A stretch of 44,903 bases of DNA from Candidatus Zambryskiibacteriota bacterium (lineage in GTDB: Bacteria; Patescibacteriota; Minisyncoccia; Phycocordibacterales; WO2-35-19): contig JAZDOB010000031.1 in assembly GCA_043799105.1 (NCBI GenBank), positions 1-44,903 on the forward strand. Direction: 5' to 3'. Shown here piece after piece: positions 14,836 to 23,130 of this stretch (positions are counted from its first letter, which is position 1; the number at the start of each line of letters is the position of its first letter). A program made the position numbers and the translations under genes. Below the pieces are notes generated by a model. It was given only the letters and a program-made list of their open reading frames with translations. It did not search any database and was not told where the DNA came from.

Positions 14836-15739
14836 ATTTTATTTTTTCAGATAATTTGAAAGCATTTCCGTGTGACAATAACCCCAAATACGAAGCCAGT
14901 GTTTCTTTTTTAAATTCTCCTTCCAATCTTCCAAACATTCTGTTTTTCGTACTTGTTCTCAAAACTCTGTGATTTGGAAAATGCACCCAACCCAGAAAGC
15001 CAATTCCGGAAGACATAGTTTTCACAAAAAGTTTGTCGGGATGAAGCAAAAGTTTTAATTCTTCTTCCAAAAAGTCAGCGATTTTTGGCACCAATTCCAA
15101 CAAATAATCTTTGTCTTTGGAGAAAATAACAAAATCATCGGCATATCTTAAATAAAATTTGGCTTTTAATTTTCTCTTCATAAACTGATCAAAGCTGTTC
15201 ATATAAATATTCACAAAAAGCTGGCTTGTGAGATTACCCAACGGTAAACCAACATCAATTTTATTTTCTGTACTAAAACTGTCTATTATCTGATTTAACA
15301 GCCACAAAATATTTGCGTCTTTTATATTTTTATCAAGAACATTTTTCAAAATATCATGATCAATGTTTGCAAAAAACTTTTTGATATCACATTTTAACAC
15401 CCAGCAAGTTTTAATGTGGTTTTTTGAAACTTTGCGTCCAAATTCTCTAAAACGGTTTACGGCCTTATGCGTTCCCTTACCGAATCGGCAGGAGTAAGAG
15501 TCAAAAATAAATTTCCTGTCAAAATACAGGTAAAGAGCGTTATAAATGACGTGGTGAATAAGCCGATCTCTAACACTAGCTTTATGAATATCCCTTGGTT
15601 TTGGATCGTTGATTTTGAAAGCATAATATCCGCCATGTCTGTAATCCTTATTTTCCAATTCTTCTTTAAGAGTCAAAATATTGTCCGAAAAATTTAACAG
15701 AAACTCGGCCACATCTTTGCGTTTTTTCTTTCCACACAA
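14816..15739 (-). CDS. diversity-generating retroelement reverse transcriptase
   Basis: LPLGNLTSQ (I/LGxxxSQ DGR signature) and YADDFVIF. The conserved-type N-terminal segment IISIENLLYCWQEF lies in frame upstream of the TTG at 15739, so the true start is probably upstream (non-canonical codon). Confidence 0.85.
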   Translation of the reverse strand: MCGKKKRKDVAEFLLNFSDNILTLKEELENKDYRHGGYYAFKINDPKPRDIHKASVRDRLIHHVIYNALYLYFDRKFIFDSYSCRFGKGTHKAVNRFREFGRKVSKNHIKTCWVLKCDIKKFFANIDHDILKNVLDKNIKDANILWLLNQIIDSFSTENKIDVGLPLGNLTSQLFVNIYMNSFDQFMKRKLKAKFYLRYADDFVIFSKDKDYLLELVPKIADFLEEELKLLLHPDKLFVKTMSSGIGFLGWVHFPNHRVLRTSTKNRMFGRLEGEFKKETLASYLGLLSHGNAFKLSEKIKFIPPNQ

Positions 15740-15808
15740 AAATTCCTGCCAGCAGTAGAGTAAATTTTCTATGGATATGATATCTTTATATTTATGGCAC
15801 AGCTTTTT

Positions 15809-15853
<45 letters not shown>

Positions 15854-15888
15854 ACGCCTCGATACTTCAACGCATCAAAGAGTCCTAT

Positions 15889-16212
15889 TTGCTTTGGATA
15901 AGTATTCTTGACCATGTGCCTAAAGGCCAGCGCCACAGTATAGGCGCTCGCATTGAGAATAAATTTTTGGATCTGTTAGAACTTTCATATATAGCCTATT
16001 TTACAGAAAAAGATAAGAAAGTGGAAAGGATAAATAAGTGCATTTTGGATCTAGATGCCATAAAATTTTTAATTCACATAACTTGGGAAGGAAAACTGAT
16101 CTCACATAAACAATATGAAGAAATCGGAGCGAAATTAAAAGAAATCGGTAAAATGTTTGGCGGTTGGAGGAAGAATTTGGAAAATCCGGAAAAGAAAAAC
16201 CTTGCGAGATAG
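15889..16212 (+). CDS. Avd-like four-helix-bundle accessory protein of the DGR (5' end unresolved)
   Basis: HVPKGQRHSIGARIENKFLDLLE...GKLISHKQYEEIGAKLKEIGKMFGGW resembles Avd/23S-IVS four-helix-bundle proteins. The frame is open back to 15781 and encodes helix 1 (ASILQRIKESYLLW) with no canonical start before TTG 15889. Confidence 0.65.
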   Translation: MLWISILDHVPKGQRHSIGARIENKFLDLLELSYIAYFTEKDKKVERINKCILDLDAIKFLIHITWEGKLISHKQYEEIGAKLKEIGKMFGGWRKNLENPEKKNLAR

Positions 16213-16237
16213 CAATCCCGCAAGGAAAAGATAAAAA

Positions 16238-16368
16238 ACTTTCGGGAACAGAAGAGGAATTGATTGTTGGAATTCCACCTGTTCGACGGATTGGCGTTGT
16301 TTGTGTTCATCCTGAGCTTGTCACCATCATAGTTGAGGTTGAACACGTTCGGGTTGCCGTCGCGGTCT
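16238..16368 (-). repeat. DGR template repeat (TR)
   Basis: 131-bp gap-free match to 16690-16820. All ~21 differences are A (on the - strand) in this copy. Confidence 0.85.
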
Positions 16369-16684
16369 ATTTGTATACGACGCCGTCTATTACACCGTTC
16401 TCCTCTTGTGGTTACTCAATGAGCAAAAACTTGAGTTTAATTTTATGCGTGATCTTAAATCACGGGGCATCGTATACCAAGTATTTTCTTTTTTGAACAC
16501 ATTGCACACTACTCCATAAAAAGCCGTGGCCGTTTATGATCTGAATGAGCAAATGTTAGAAAGGTTGTGGAAAGCCGTAACCGTCCAACATGACCAAACC
16601 AAAATAATTATAGCAAAAAATCAAAGTATCAAAATCTCAAAGAATCCAAACTAGACTTAAAAAAGAAATTAAGGGTCAAAACAT

Positions 16685-18493
16685 CTAAGACTTGCGGGAA
16701 CAGAAGAGGAATGGATCGTGGGAATTCCACCTGCACGACGGAGCGGCGTCGCCTGTGCTCATCCTGAGCCAGTCACCAACACAGCGGAGGTGGAACACGT
16801 CCGGGTAGCCGTCGCGGTCTGAGATCTGCTTCATAGCGATAAACATCCACCCTGTTTCTGAATATGAAAGACGAAGTTGTGGACCAACCTCGGCAGGACA
16901 GAGTTCCAAACCAAAATCTTCCGCTCTTTTGTATATTTCATCTGTGGTGGCTCCGTTTGGAAAACCCAGATCTTTTACAGTTAGTCTGACGAGGTTTAGG
17001 TCTTCTTGGGTTTCCGATGTTTTGAAGTCTTGGCTGTTTAAAAGATCTTTTGCGTAATCTGAAATATATATGTTTTTTTCTTTCAGTTTTCTTATCAACT
17101 CTTCTTTTGTTTTGTTTCCGATTTGAGTCTCGTATCTTTGTATTTTGCCCTCAGGAAAAGAAGTGAAAATGTTTTCTATATTTGTTTTAAATACTCCGGG
17201 GAAAAGCTCGCCGATATATGCTTTGGTGTTTTGAGTTATTTCGCTTTCACTTGTAGCAATTTCTTCCGGTTTGCAATCTAGAACAACGGGCGCGTCTTCT
17301 TTGGAGTTTCTTTGGTCTCTAATTTCTTGAATCCTAGGGTCATTTTCATACCCAAATCCTTCAATTTTTTCGTTGATTTCGTAGAGGAAAACCAGTTCTT
17401 CTTTGGTCAGCGGTTGGTTTGTCTTTGTCTTGTTTTCAATCTCTGTCATTTTTTTCATGTCTTCGGTTTTCTTTTTGTACGAATCCGCTTCGGAACCGAA
17501 TTCTTTGAGCTTCTCCTCCAAAACTGGAGCCATGACAGGTTCCATTTCCTGATGCTGGAGGATGCCCCTCACTTGACCGATTTGAGAGCTGGTCATTTGG
17601 ATAGCGATTCTCGGCTGGGTTGGCTCGTTGTTTGCATCGTAAGTGTAATACACATAGAAGTCACCTCGATTTATGTAATTTCTCGCTGTCGTTTGTCCTT
17701 CAATGCACCAACCGGTGCCTTTGGTTTGCATTGAATCAAAAAGCTTGTCGGCTTCTTTTTGGTTGCCCTGATTGTATTTAACCCATTCTCCTCTCACCTC
17801 TTCCTGATTTTCAATCTGGTGAGCTAGAGATTCAGAAATGAGTCCGGCGTAGAGTTTGGGAAATGATTTTGAAAACTGTTCCTTTATTTCCGCCTCAGAT
17901 TTTTTGTTCTTTACCGATTCTTCGTAAATGTCCAGTATTTTTGCAAGAGGAGCACGGTATATATCGGGGTACGGAGCAGTGGTTGTGGCTGTTCTGTCTT
18001 TGAACTTGCCAAGGGTTTTGTCAAATTGGGAAAGCTTGGTGATATTTCTGAATACAAAATATTTAAACCATGTGGGGTATGCGGCGTCATCCGATGTCAG
18101 ATATTCTACCCATTGGTCCAGAGAATGCTTTTGGTCTTTGACGATGGTTTCTATCATCTGCTCTCTGGCTTCTTCCGGAATTTCTTCTACGGTTTGGCCC
18201 CTTTCCCTGGCTATCTGCTTTTGCAAATCAAAATATGACTCCGGTACTTCTTCGGGTTTGATGATGAGAGCGTCGTAAATTTTATCCTTGACCATTTCCA
18301 GATTTCTTTCCCTGACTCTTTGGTCTTGATTGAGAAAGATTTTCTCCAGACGGTCCATGTACGCTTCTATCCTTTCGTTGGGGTTGTTTGGAATGTCTGT
18401 ATCTTCCAGCCGCTCCTTCTTTTCCACCGCTTTACTAACCTCCTCAGATTTCTGAAGCTCGGGGATTTTTAAGTGGAGAGGATGTTTTTCCAT
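16685..18493 (-). CDS. DGR target protein (variable C-terminus)
   Basis: 602-aa ORF whose last ~43 codons are the VR. No signal peptide or TM helix seen. The N-terminal 500 aa are not recognised. Confidence 0.75.
   Translation of the reverse strand: MEKHPLHLKIPELQKSEEVSKAVEKKERLEDTDIPNNPNERIEAYMDRLEKIFLNQDQRVRERNLEMVKDKIYDALIIKPEEVPESYFDLQKQIARERGQTVEEIPEEAREQMIETIVKDQKHSLDQWVEYLTSDDAAYPTWFKYFVFRNITKLSQFDKTLGKFKDRTATTTAPYPDIYRAPLAKILDIYEESVKNKKSEAEIKEQFSKSFPKLYAGLISESLAHQIENQEEVRGEWVKYNQGNQKEADKLFDSMQTKGTGWCIEGQTTARNYINRGDFYVYYTYDANNEPTQPRIAIQMTSSQIGQVRGILQHQEMEPVMAPVLEEKLKEFGSEADSYKKKTEDMKKMTEIENKTKTNQPLTKEELVFLYEINEKIEGFGYENDPRIQEIRDQRNSKEDAPVVLDCKPEEIATSESEITQNTKAYIGELFPGVFKTNIENIFTSFPEGKIQRYETQIGNKTKEELIRKLKEKNIYISDYAKDLLNSQDFKTSETQEDLNLVRLTVKDLGFPNGATTDEIYKRAEDFGLELCPAEVGPQLRLSYSETGWMFIAMKQISDRDGYPDVFHLRCVGDWLRMSTGDAAPSCRWNSHDPFLFCSRKS
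16690..16820 (-). repeat. DGR variable repeat (VR)
   Basis: See TR. It occupies the 3' end of ORF 16685..18493 and ends 2 codons before the stop. Confidence 0.85.
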
Positions 18494-18717
18494 ACAATTA
18501 TTTTAAATCTTTAAGGGAATGTAATATTTTGTAATTTCCTTTTCTGAATTCTTTCTTTTCCCTTTTTAATTCTAGAGATAGTTTTTTGACTTTTCGCATA
18601 TATAAAAGACTACACCATACAGAAGTATCTTGCAAAAGACCGTTAATAAAAAAGTTATGCACAAAACGGATTGATGAGAATCCGGTTTTGTGAATAATAA
18701 ACTTTAGAATCCATTAG

Positions 18718-18908
18718 GGATACAAATCTCTAAGCGACACTTTCAATAATTAAATCGAAAGCAAAACATTATTCTGAGGAAAGAGCTAGTGGTCCCTCCC
18801 GAAAGATGGTACCGGCACTTCCTTGATTTAATGTCTAATCCAGCACCATTTTTACCAAATAAATTTCGCAAAAATGGTGCTGGACGCCGCTTAGAGATTT
18901 GTGTCTCC
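18718..18908. other. ~190-nt highly structured element (candidate ncRNA or palindromic insertion) upstream of ruvB
   Basis: Closing helix acaaatctctaagcg (18723-18737) / cgcttagagatttgt (18889-18903), extendable to ~20 bp. Internal 14-bp hairpin ccagcaccattttt/aaaaatggtgctgg (18841-18884). Small hairpin ctttc/gaaag (18741-18762). Confidence 0.4.
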
Positions 18909-18967
18909 AATCAGAGGCTCTGGTCTATATTTCAAACTCATTTAGAGTATAGCATATCACATAAAAT

Positions 18968-19990
18968 ATGTCAAGAAGCAACAAAAAAACCGAGGAAAGC
19001 AAAGATTTTGAGTTTATTGACCAAACTCTCAGGCCTTCCAAATGGGACGAGTACATCGGCCAAGAAAATATCAAAAAAAATCTCCAGATTCTTTTGAGTG
19101 CCGCCAAAGAACGCAACCACCCGCCCGAGCATCTCCTGTTTTACGGTCCGCCCGGACTAGGCAAAACAACACTGGCTCATCTTATAGCCAAAGAAACAAG
19201 TAGTCAAATGCGCTCTACGTCGGGTCCGGCTATAGAAAAAGTGGGAGACTTGGCTTCTATACTTACCAATTTATCTCCCGGGGATATCCTTTTTATAGAT
19301 GAGATACACAGATTGAATAAAGCAATCGAGGAAGTACTTTACCCCGCTATGGAATCGGGGTCTCTGGATATTATTATCGGCAAAGGCCCTTCGGCACGAA
19401 CAATCCAATTGGAACTTCCCGCTTTCACTTTGATAGGGGCGACAACCAGAGTGGCTATGCTTTCTTCACCGTTGCGTAGCAGATTTTCAGGCGGAGTCTT
19501 TCGTCTGGAGTTTTATAATCCGGAAGAAATTAAGAGCATTATCAAACGCTCAGCCAATATTTTGGAAGTTTCTTTATCCAAAGTGGCCGCTGAAGCTATA
19601 GCCGAAAGAAGCCGGTTCACCCCGCGCACTGCCAACTATCTTTTAAAAAGAGCCAGAGATTACGCTCAAATAAACAAAAAAGACATAGACGAAAAAGTGG
19701 TAAACGAGGCTTTTAATCTTTTGGGTATAGACAAAGCCGGGCTTAACGCTTCCGATATGGCCTTGCTTAAAACCATCGCGCACAAATTTAGAGGCGGTCC
19801 GGTCGGACTCAACACTTTGGCGGCTTCCCTTTCCGAAGAAGAGGCCACCATAGAAGAATTCAACGAACCCTATCTTCTGCAAATCGGCTTCTTGGAGCGC
19901 ACTCCTCGCGGCCGCATATTGACTCATCTTGCTTACGAACATTTGGGTTTAGATTTTCCTGAAGATAGGCAAGAAAAGTTATTGACTTAA
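18968..19990 (+). CDS. ruvB: Holliday junction DNA helicase RuvB
   Basis: GPPGLGKTTLA Walker A, LFIDEIHRL Walker B, typical RuvB length and C-terminal winged helix. Confidence 0.95.
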   Translation: MSRSNKKTEESKDFEFIDQTLRPSKWDEYIGQENIKKNLQILLSAAKERNHPPEHLLFYGPPGLGKTTLAHLIAKETSSQMRSTSGPAIEKVGDLASILTNLSPGDILFIDEIHRLNKAIEEVLYPAMESGSLDIIIGKGPSARTIQLELPAFTLIGATTRVAMLSSPLRSRFSGGVFRLEFYNPEEIKSIIKRSANILEVSLSKVAAEAIAERSRFTPRTANYLLKRARDYAQINKKDIDEKVVNEAFNLLGIDKAGLNASDMALLKTIAHKFRGGPVGLNTLAASLSEEEATIEEFNEPYLLQIGFLERTPRGRILTHLAYEHLGLDFPEDRQEKLLT

Positions 19991-20060
19991 TAGCTCGCTC
20001 TGTTATATTTCAGACAGATGTGAGACTTAAACCAAAACTGTCTGGAAAGGAGGTGACATC

Positions 20061-20312
20061 ATGAGCGAATCGTTTGGAGAAAGATTGGTGAAAAAAGAAA
20101 TTGCGGGACTGCAAGATAAGTTCCTTAATGGAGTCAATGGGAGATTTCTTATCCCTCGCGATAGGGTAATAGAGATTAACCTTACCATCAAAGAAATTCA
20201 TCGCATCCACCAGGACTTCAAATCAGATCCTTTCTTTCGCACCGAAGGGTTCAGGAAAATCGTGAAAGGGTTGGAAAGAATGCTCGAACGACCATTTGTT
20301 GCTTCGCACTGA
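20061..20312 (+). CDS. hypothetical small protein
   Basis: 83 aa. Strong SD GGAAAGGAGGTG 6 nt upstream of the ATG. Followed by an intrinsic terminator. Confidence 0.6.
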   Translation: MSESFGERLVKKEIAGLQDKFLNGVNGRFLIPRDRVIEINLTIKEIHRIHQDFKSDPFFRTEGFRKIVKGLERMLERPFVASH

Positions 20313-20354
20313 CTGAAAGTTCATGTTGGAGACAAAAATGAAGGGAAAAGTCTC

Positions 20355-20394
20355 AAAAAAGGCCAGAAACCGTTTTGTGTTTCTGGCCTTTGTA
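20355..20394 (+). terminator. intrinsic terminator
   Basis: ggccagaaac (20361-20370) pairs with gtttctggcc (20379-20388), followed by TTTGTATT. Confidence 0.7.
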
Positions 20395-20410
20395 TTATTA
20401 TTTATAAAAA

Positions 20411-20475
20411 CCCCACCCGCCCTACGGGCACCCTCCCCTGAACAAGGGGAGGGCTACGCGAAGCGAGGGGTGGGG
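20411..20475. repeat. GC-rich nested palindrome
   Basis: ccccaccc...ggggtgggg outer arms, ccctcccct-gaaca-aggggaggg inner hairpin, flanked by A5/T5. Contains the gctacgcg motif seen in other copies. Confidence 0.7.
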
Positions 20476-20510
20476 TTTTTGAAAATTGAGATTAGTGATA
20501 TATTACTCGC

Positions 20511-21047
20511 ATGTCTGGTCATAACAAATGGTCTAAAATAAAAAATAAAAAGGCGGTTACCGATGCGCAGAAAAGTAAGATATTCGGCAAGTTGGTGAGG
20601 TTTATTGCTGTTGAATCTAAAAAAGCCAAGGGGGACGCAAACGCTCCCGGCTTAAGATCTGCTATAGAAAAAGCAAAAGAAGCAAATGTCCCCAATGACA
20701 ATATAGAAAGAGCGATTAAAAAAGGCACAGGCGGAGAAGGAAACGAAACGGAACAAATCACCTACGAAGCCTATGGACCCGGGGGTTGCGCCCTGATTAT
20801 TGAGGCCCTGACGGAAAACAGAAATAAAGCGGCGCAGGAAATAAAACATATTCTTTCCAAAAACGGGTTTGAGCTCGCCGCGCCAGGTTCGGCCATTTGG
20901 GCGTTTGAAAAAAAGGTCGGGGAAAACGAATGGTCGCCCAAAAATACTATGCAAATATCCGAAGGAGACGGGCAGAAACTGGACGTTTTAATAGAAGAAC
21001 TTGAAGAAAATGATGAGGTCCAGGAAGTTTTCACCAATGCGGAATAA
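20511..21047 (+). CDS. yebC: YebC/PmpR-family regulator (short form)
   Basis: MSGHNKWSKIKNKK N-terminus and NVPNDNIERAIKKG are typical of YebC. At 178 aa it is shorter than usual. Confidence 0.8.
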   Translation: MSGHNKWSKIKNKKAVTDAQKSKIFGKLVRFIAVESKKAKGDANAPGLRSAIEKAKEANVPNDNIERAIKKGTGGEGNETEQITYEAYGPGGCALIIEALTENRNKAAQEIKHILSKNGFELAAPGSAIWAFEKKVGENEWSPKNTMQISEGDGQKLDVLIEELEENDEVQEVFTNAE

Positions 21048-21546
21048 AAAAATCTTGGGGATAGACCCCGGGTATGGCAGAATCGGCATTGCTGTGATTG
21101 AAAAAAATAATAAAGGAGACAGATTGATTCATTCGGAATGTTTTGAAACGAACGCCAAACTCCCCCACTGCGAAAGACTTTTGTTAATAGGAGAGAAAAT
21201 AAAAGAAACGATAAAAAAATACAAGCCGAAACAAATAGCGGTTGAAACCCTGCTTTGGAGCAAAAATAAAAAAACCGCCATGCAAGTAGCAGAAGCCAGA
21301 GGGGTAATACTCCTTGAATCATCCAGGCACAACGTTATTTTAAGAGAGTTTAATCCAAATCAGATAAAGTTGGCGGTCACCGGTTATGGCAAAAGTGACA
21401 AAAAGCAAATCATTTGTATGGTAGAAAAATTAATGAAACTCAAACCGCCGACCGGTGGACAAAAAAGACACGACGATGAGTATGACGCCATCGCCACCGC
21501 GCTCACCTGCTCCGCTATCGCCTTATCCACAGATACGCTTGTTTAA
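21037..21546 (+). CDS. ruvC: crossover junction endodeoxyribonuclease RuvC
   Basis: ILGIDPGYGRIGIAVIE catalytic Asp motif, VTGYGKSDKKQI, DEYDAIATAL. ATG 21037 preferred over track start 21001. Confidence 0.85.
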   Translation: MRNKKILGIDPGYGRIGIAVIEKNNKGDRLIHSECFETNAKLPHCERLLLIGEKIKETIKKYKPKQIAVETLLWSKNKKTAMQVAEARGVILLESSRHNVILREFNPNQIKLAVTGYGKSDKKQIICMVEKLMKLKPPTGGQKRHDDEYDAIATALTCSAIALSTDTLV

Positions 21547-21650
21547 CACTGTTGCAAAATTATTCCAATATGATAAAAAGTATAAATCTGGTTGTTATCC
21601 GCCAGCTGACGGGTAAAATTTAATCAGGAATTAAAAGTAATCTAAAAATT

Positions 21651-21794
21651 ATGGACGATGATCTTGATAAAGATCTGTTAGAAGACGAGGAAATTACGCC
21701 AAAAATTCCCTTGGATTCGGAAGAGGATGCCATTGACGGCGATGAAGACGATAAGGACGAGAGTGATGTAGAAGAAGACGAGGAAGCGGTGTAA
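21651..21794 (+). CDS. 47-aa extremely acidic small protein (candidate)
   Basis: ATG...TAA ORF, MDDDLDKDLLEDEEITPKIPLDSEEDAIDGDEDDKDESDVEEDEEAV. Below the ORF-track cutoff. Followed by a strong terminator. Confidence 0.4.
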   Translation: MDDDLDKDLLEDEEITPKIPLDSEEDAIDGDEDDKDESDVEEDEEAV

Positions 21795-21813
21795 TAAAAT
21801 TTTGAATGTAAAT

Positions 21814-21849
21814 AAAAAACCTCCCCGTGTACACGGGGAGATTTTTATT
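21814..21849. terminator. bidirectional intrinsic terminator (acidic ORF / tyrS)
   Basis: Perfect 20-nt palindrome ctccccgtgtacacggggag (21821-21840), flanked by an A-run and a T-run. Confidence 0.75.
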
Positions 21850-21858
21850 ACTTGGGTT

Positions 21859-23085
21859 TTAATCAGGTTTGATAATTACAAAAATCTTCTTGCCAATTTT
21901 TATTTTTCTTTCATTTCCCCCCACTGTTTCGTTGGGATCGTCTATTTTTTTGTCTGGGTAATCCGAAACAGCGCCAGCCTCTACTAAACGCCTGAACTCG
22001 GATTTTGATTCAATAATTTTATTGTTTACTAAAACATCCATAAGTTTGTCTCCTTTTGAAGCTGTTATCGTTTGCGCGTTATTGGGAAATTCTCCTTTAC
22101 TGAAAGTATTTTCAAAAGCCCTTTCCGCTTCTTCGGCTCCTTTCTCGCCATGACACATTTTAACTATCTCTCTAGCCAGTCTCATTTTCATTTCTTTTGG
22201 ATTGATCCCGCTCGCAAGTTTTTCTTCCATCTCCTTTATCTCATGAAGCGGCACGTCGGTTACAATTTCAAAACCATGAATGATAAGATTGTCACTCCAA
22301 CTCATAACTCGTCCAAACATATCTTCCGGAGTTTGGTCCAGGGATACCATGTTTCCTTCTGTTTTACCCATCTTTTGACCACTGGAGTCAACTAAAAGCT
22401 TCGTAGATATAACGAATTTTTCCTTATTTTTTAAAGCTTTCATAAAATCTCTTCCAACAAGCATGTTGAAAGTCTGATCGTTGCCCCCTATTTCACCGTC
22501 TACATCCATAGCGACACAGTCGTAGCCCTGCATAATCGGATACATAAATTCATGTATGTAGATGGGTTTGCCCTCCTGATTTCTACGTTGAAACATATCT
22601 CTTTTCATCATTTGTTCTACCGTCACAAGAGAAGCCAACTCAACAACATCGCTAAATGTTAGTTTGGCCAGCCATTCCGAATTGTACTTAATCAAAGCGG
22701 GGTTTGAACCTGTAAAAGAAATAAATTCGGAAGCTTGTTTTTTGTAATCCTTTAGATTGTTCAAAACTTCTTCTCTGGATAATTTTTTCCTGGTAGCTGT
22801 TTTATCTGTAGGATCTCCTATAAGACCCGTGAAGTCCCCCATAAGCAGTATGATTTGGTGGCCGAGCTCTTGGAGTTTGCCTAGTTTTCTAAGTGGAATA
22901 ACGTGTCCCAAATGTAGAGTGGCGCCAGTGGGGTCAATGCCGAGATACAAAGAGACTCTCTCGCCTTTCATTAATTTTGATTTCAGGAAATCTTTGCTCG
23001 GATACACATTTTCAATACCACGATTCAAAATCTCGTCTATTTTGCTCTCGTCAACTATTGTTTTTGGTTTAGTAATACCAAACAT
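21859..23085 (-). CDS. tyrS: tyrosine--tRNA ligase
   Basis: HLGH (LHLGHVIPL) and KMGKT (KMSKS-type) class I motifs. C-terminal S4-like domain. Confidence 0.92.
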   Translation of the reverse strand: MFGITKPKTIVDESKIDEILNRGIENVYPSKDFLKSKLMKGERVSLYLGIDPTGATLHLGHVIPLRKLGKLQELGHQIILLMGDFTGLIGDPTDKTATRKKLSREEVLNNLKDYKKQASEFISFTGSNPALIKYNSEWLAKLTFSDVVELASLVTVEQMMKRDMFQRRNQEGKPIYIHEFMYPIMQGYDCVAMDVDGEIGGNDQTFNMLVGRDFMKALKNKEKFVISTKLLVDSSGQKMGKTEGNMVSLDQTPEDMFGRVMSWSDNLIIHGFEIVTDVPLHEIKEMEEKLASGINPKEMKMRLAREIVKMCHGEKGAEEAERAFENTFSKGEFPNNAQTITASKGDKLMDVLVNNKIIESKSEFRRLVEAGAVSDYPDKKIDDPNETVGGNERKIKIGKKIFVIIKPD

Positions 23086-23130
23086 ATAAAAATGCTACCA
23101 TAATTTCACTTTTTGGCATAATATATATGG

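Noticed and set aside
14816-15739. RT considered as a group II intron or retron RT
   Set aside because: There are no intron RNA domains, maturase/En domain or msr/msd-like repeats. The LGxxxSQ motif, the adjacent Avd-like gene and a TR/VR pair with adenine-only mismatches identify it as a DGR RT.
16074-16496. ORFs 16074..16346 (-) and 16164..16496 (+) as genes
   Set aside because: The minus ORF is just the TR read in the VR frame (Asn-rich copy of the target C-terminus). The plus ORF is its antisense shadow running into non-coding spacer.
18718-18908. Structured element considered as RNase P RNA, SRP RNA, 6S RNA or tmRNA
   Set aside because: A GAGGAAAG string resembles the P4 5' strand, but the element is about half the size of bacterial RNase P RNA and lacks the other conserved regions I can recall. 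I saw no SRP helix-8 motif, no tRNA-like ends and no obvious 6S central bubble. It is left as unclassified.
18789-19097. ORF 18789..19097 (+) as a gene
   Set aside because: It starts on a non-ATG codon, crosses long RNA helices, overlaps the well-supported ruvB start out of frame, and has no recognisable protein features.
20323-20541. ORF 20323..20541 (+) as a gene
   Set aside because: It runs through an intrinsic terminator and the GC-rich nested palindrome (the PPALRAPSPEQGEGYAKRGVG part is repeat-derived) and overlaps the yebC start.
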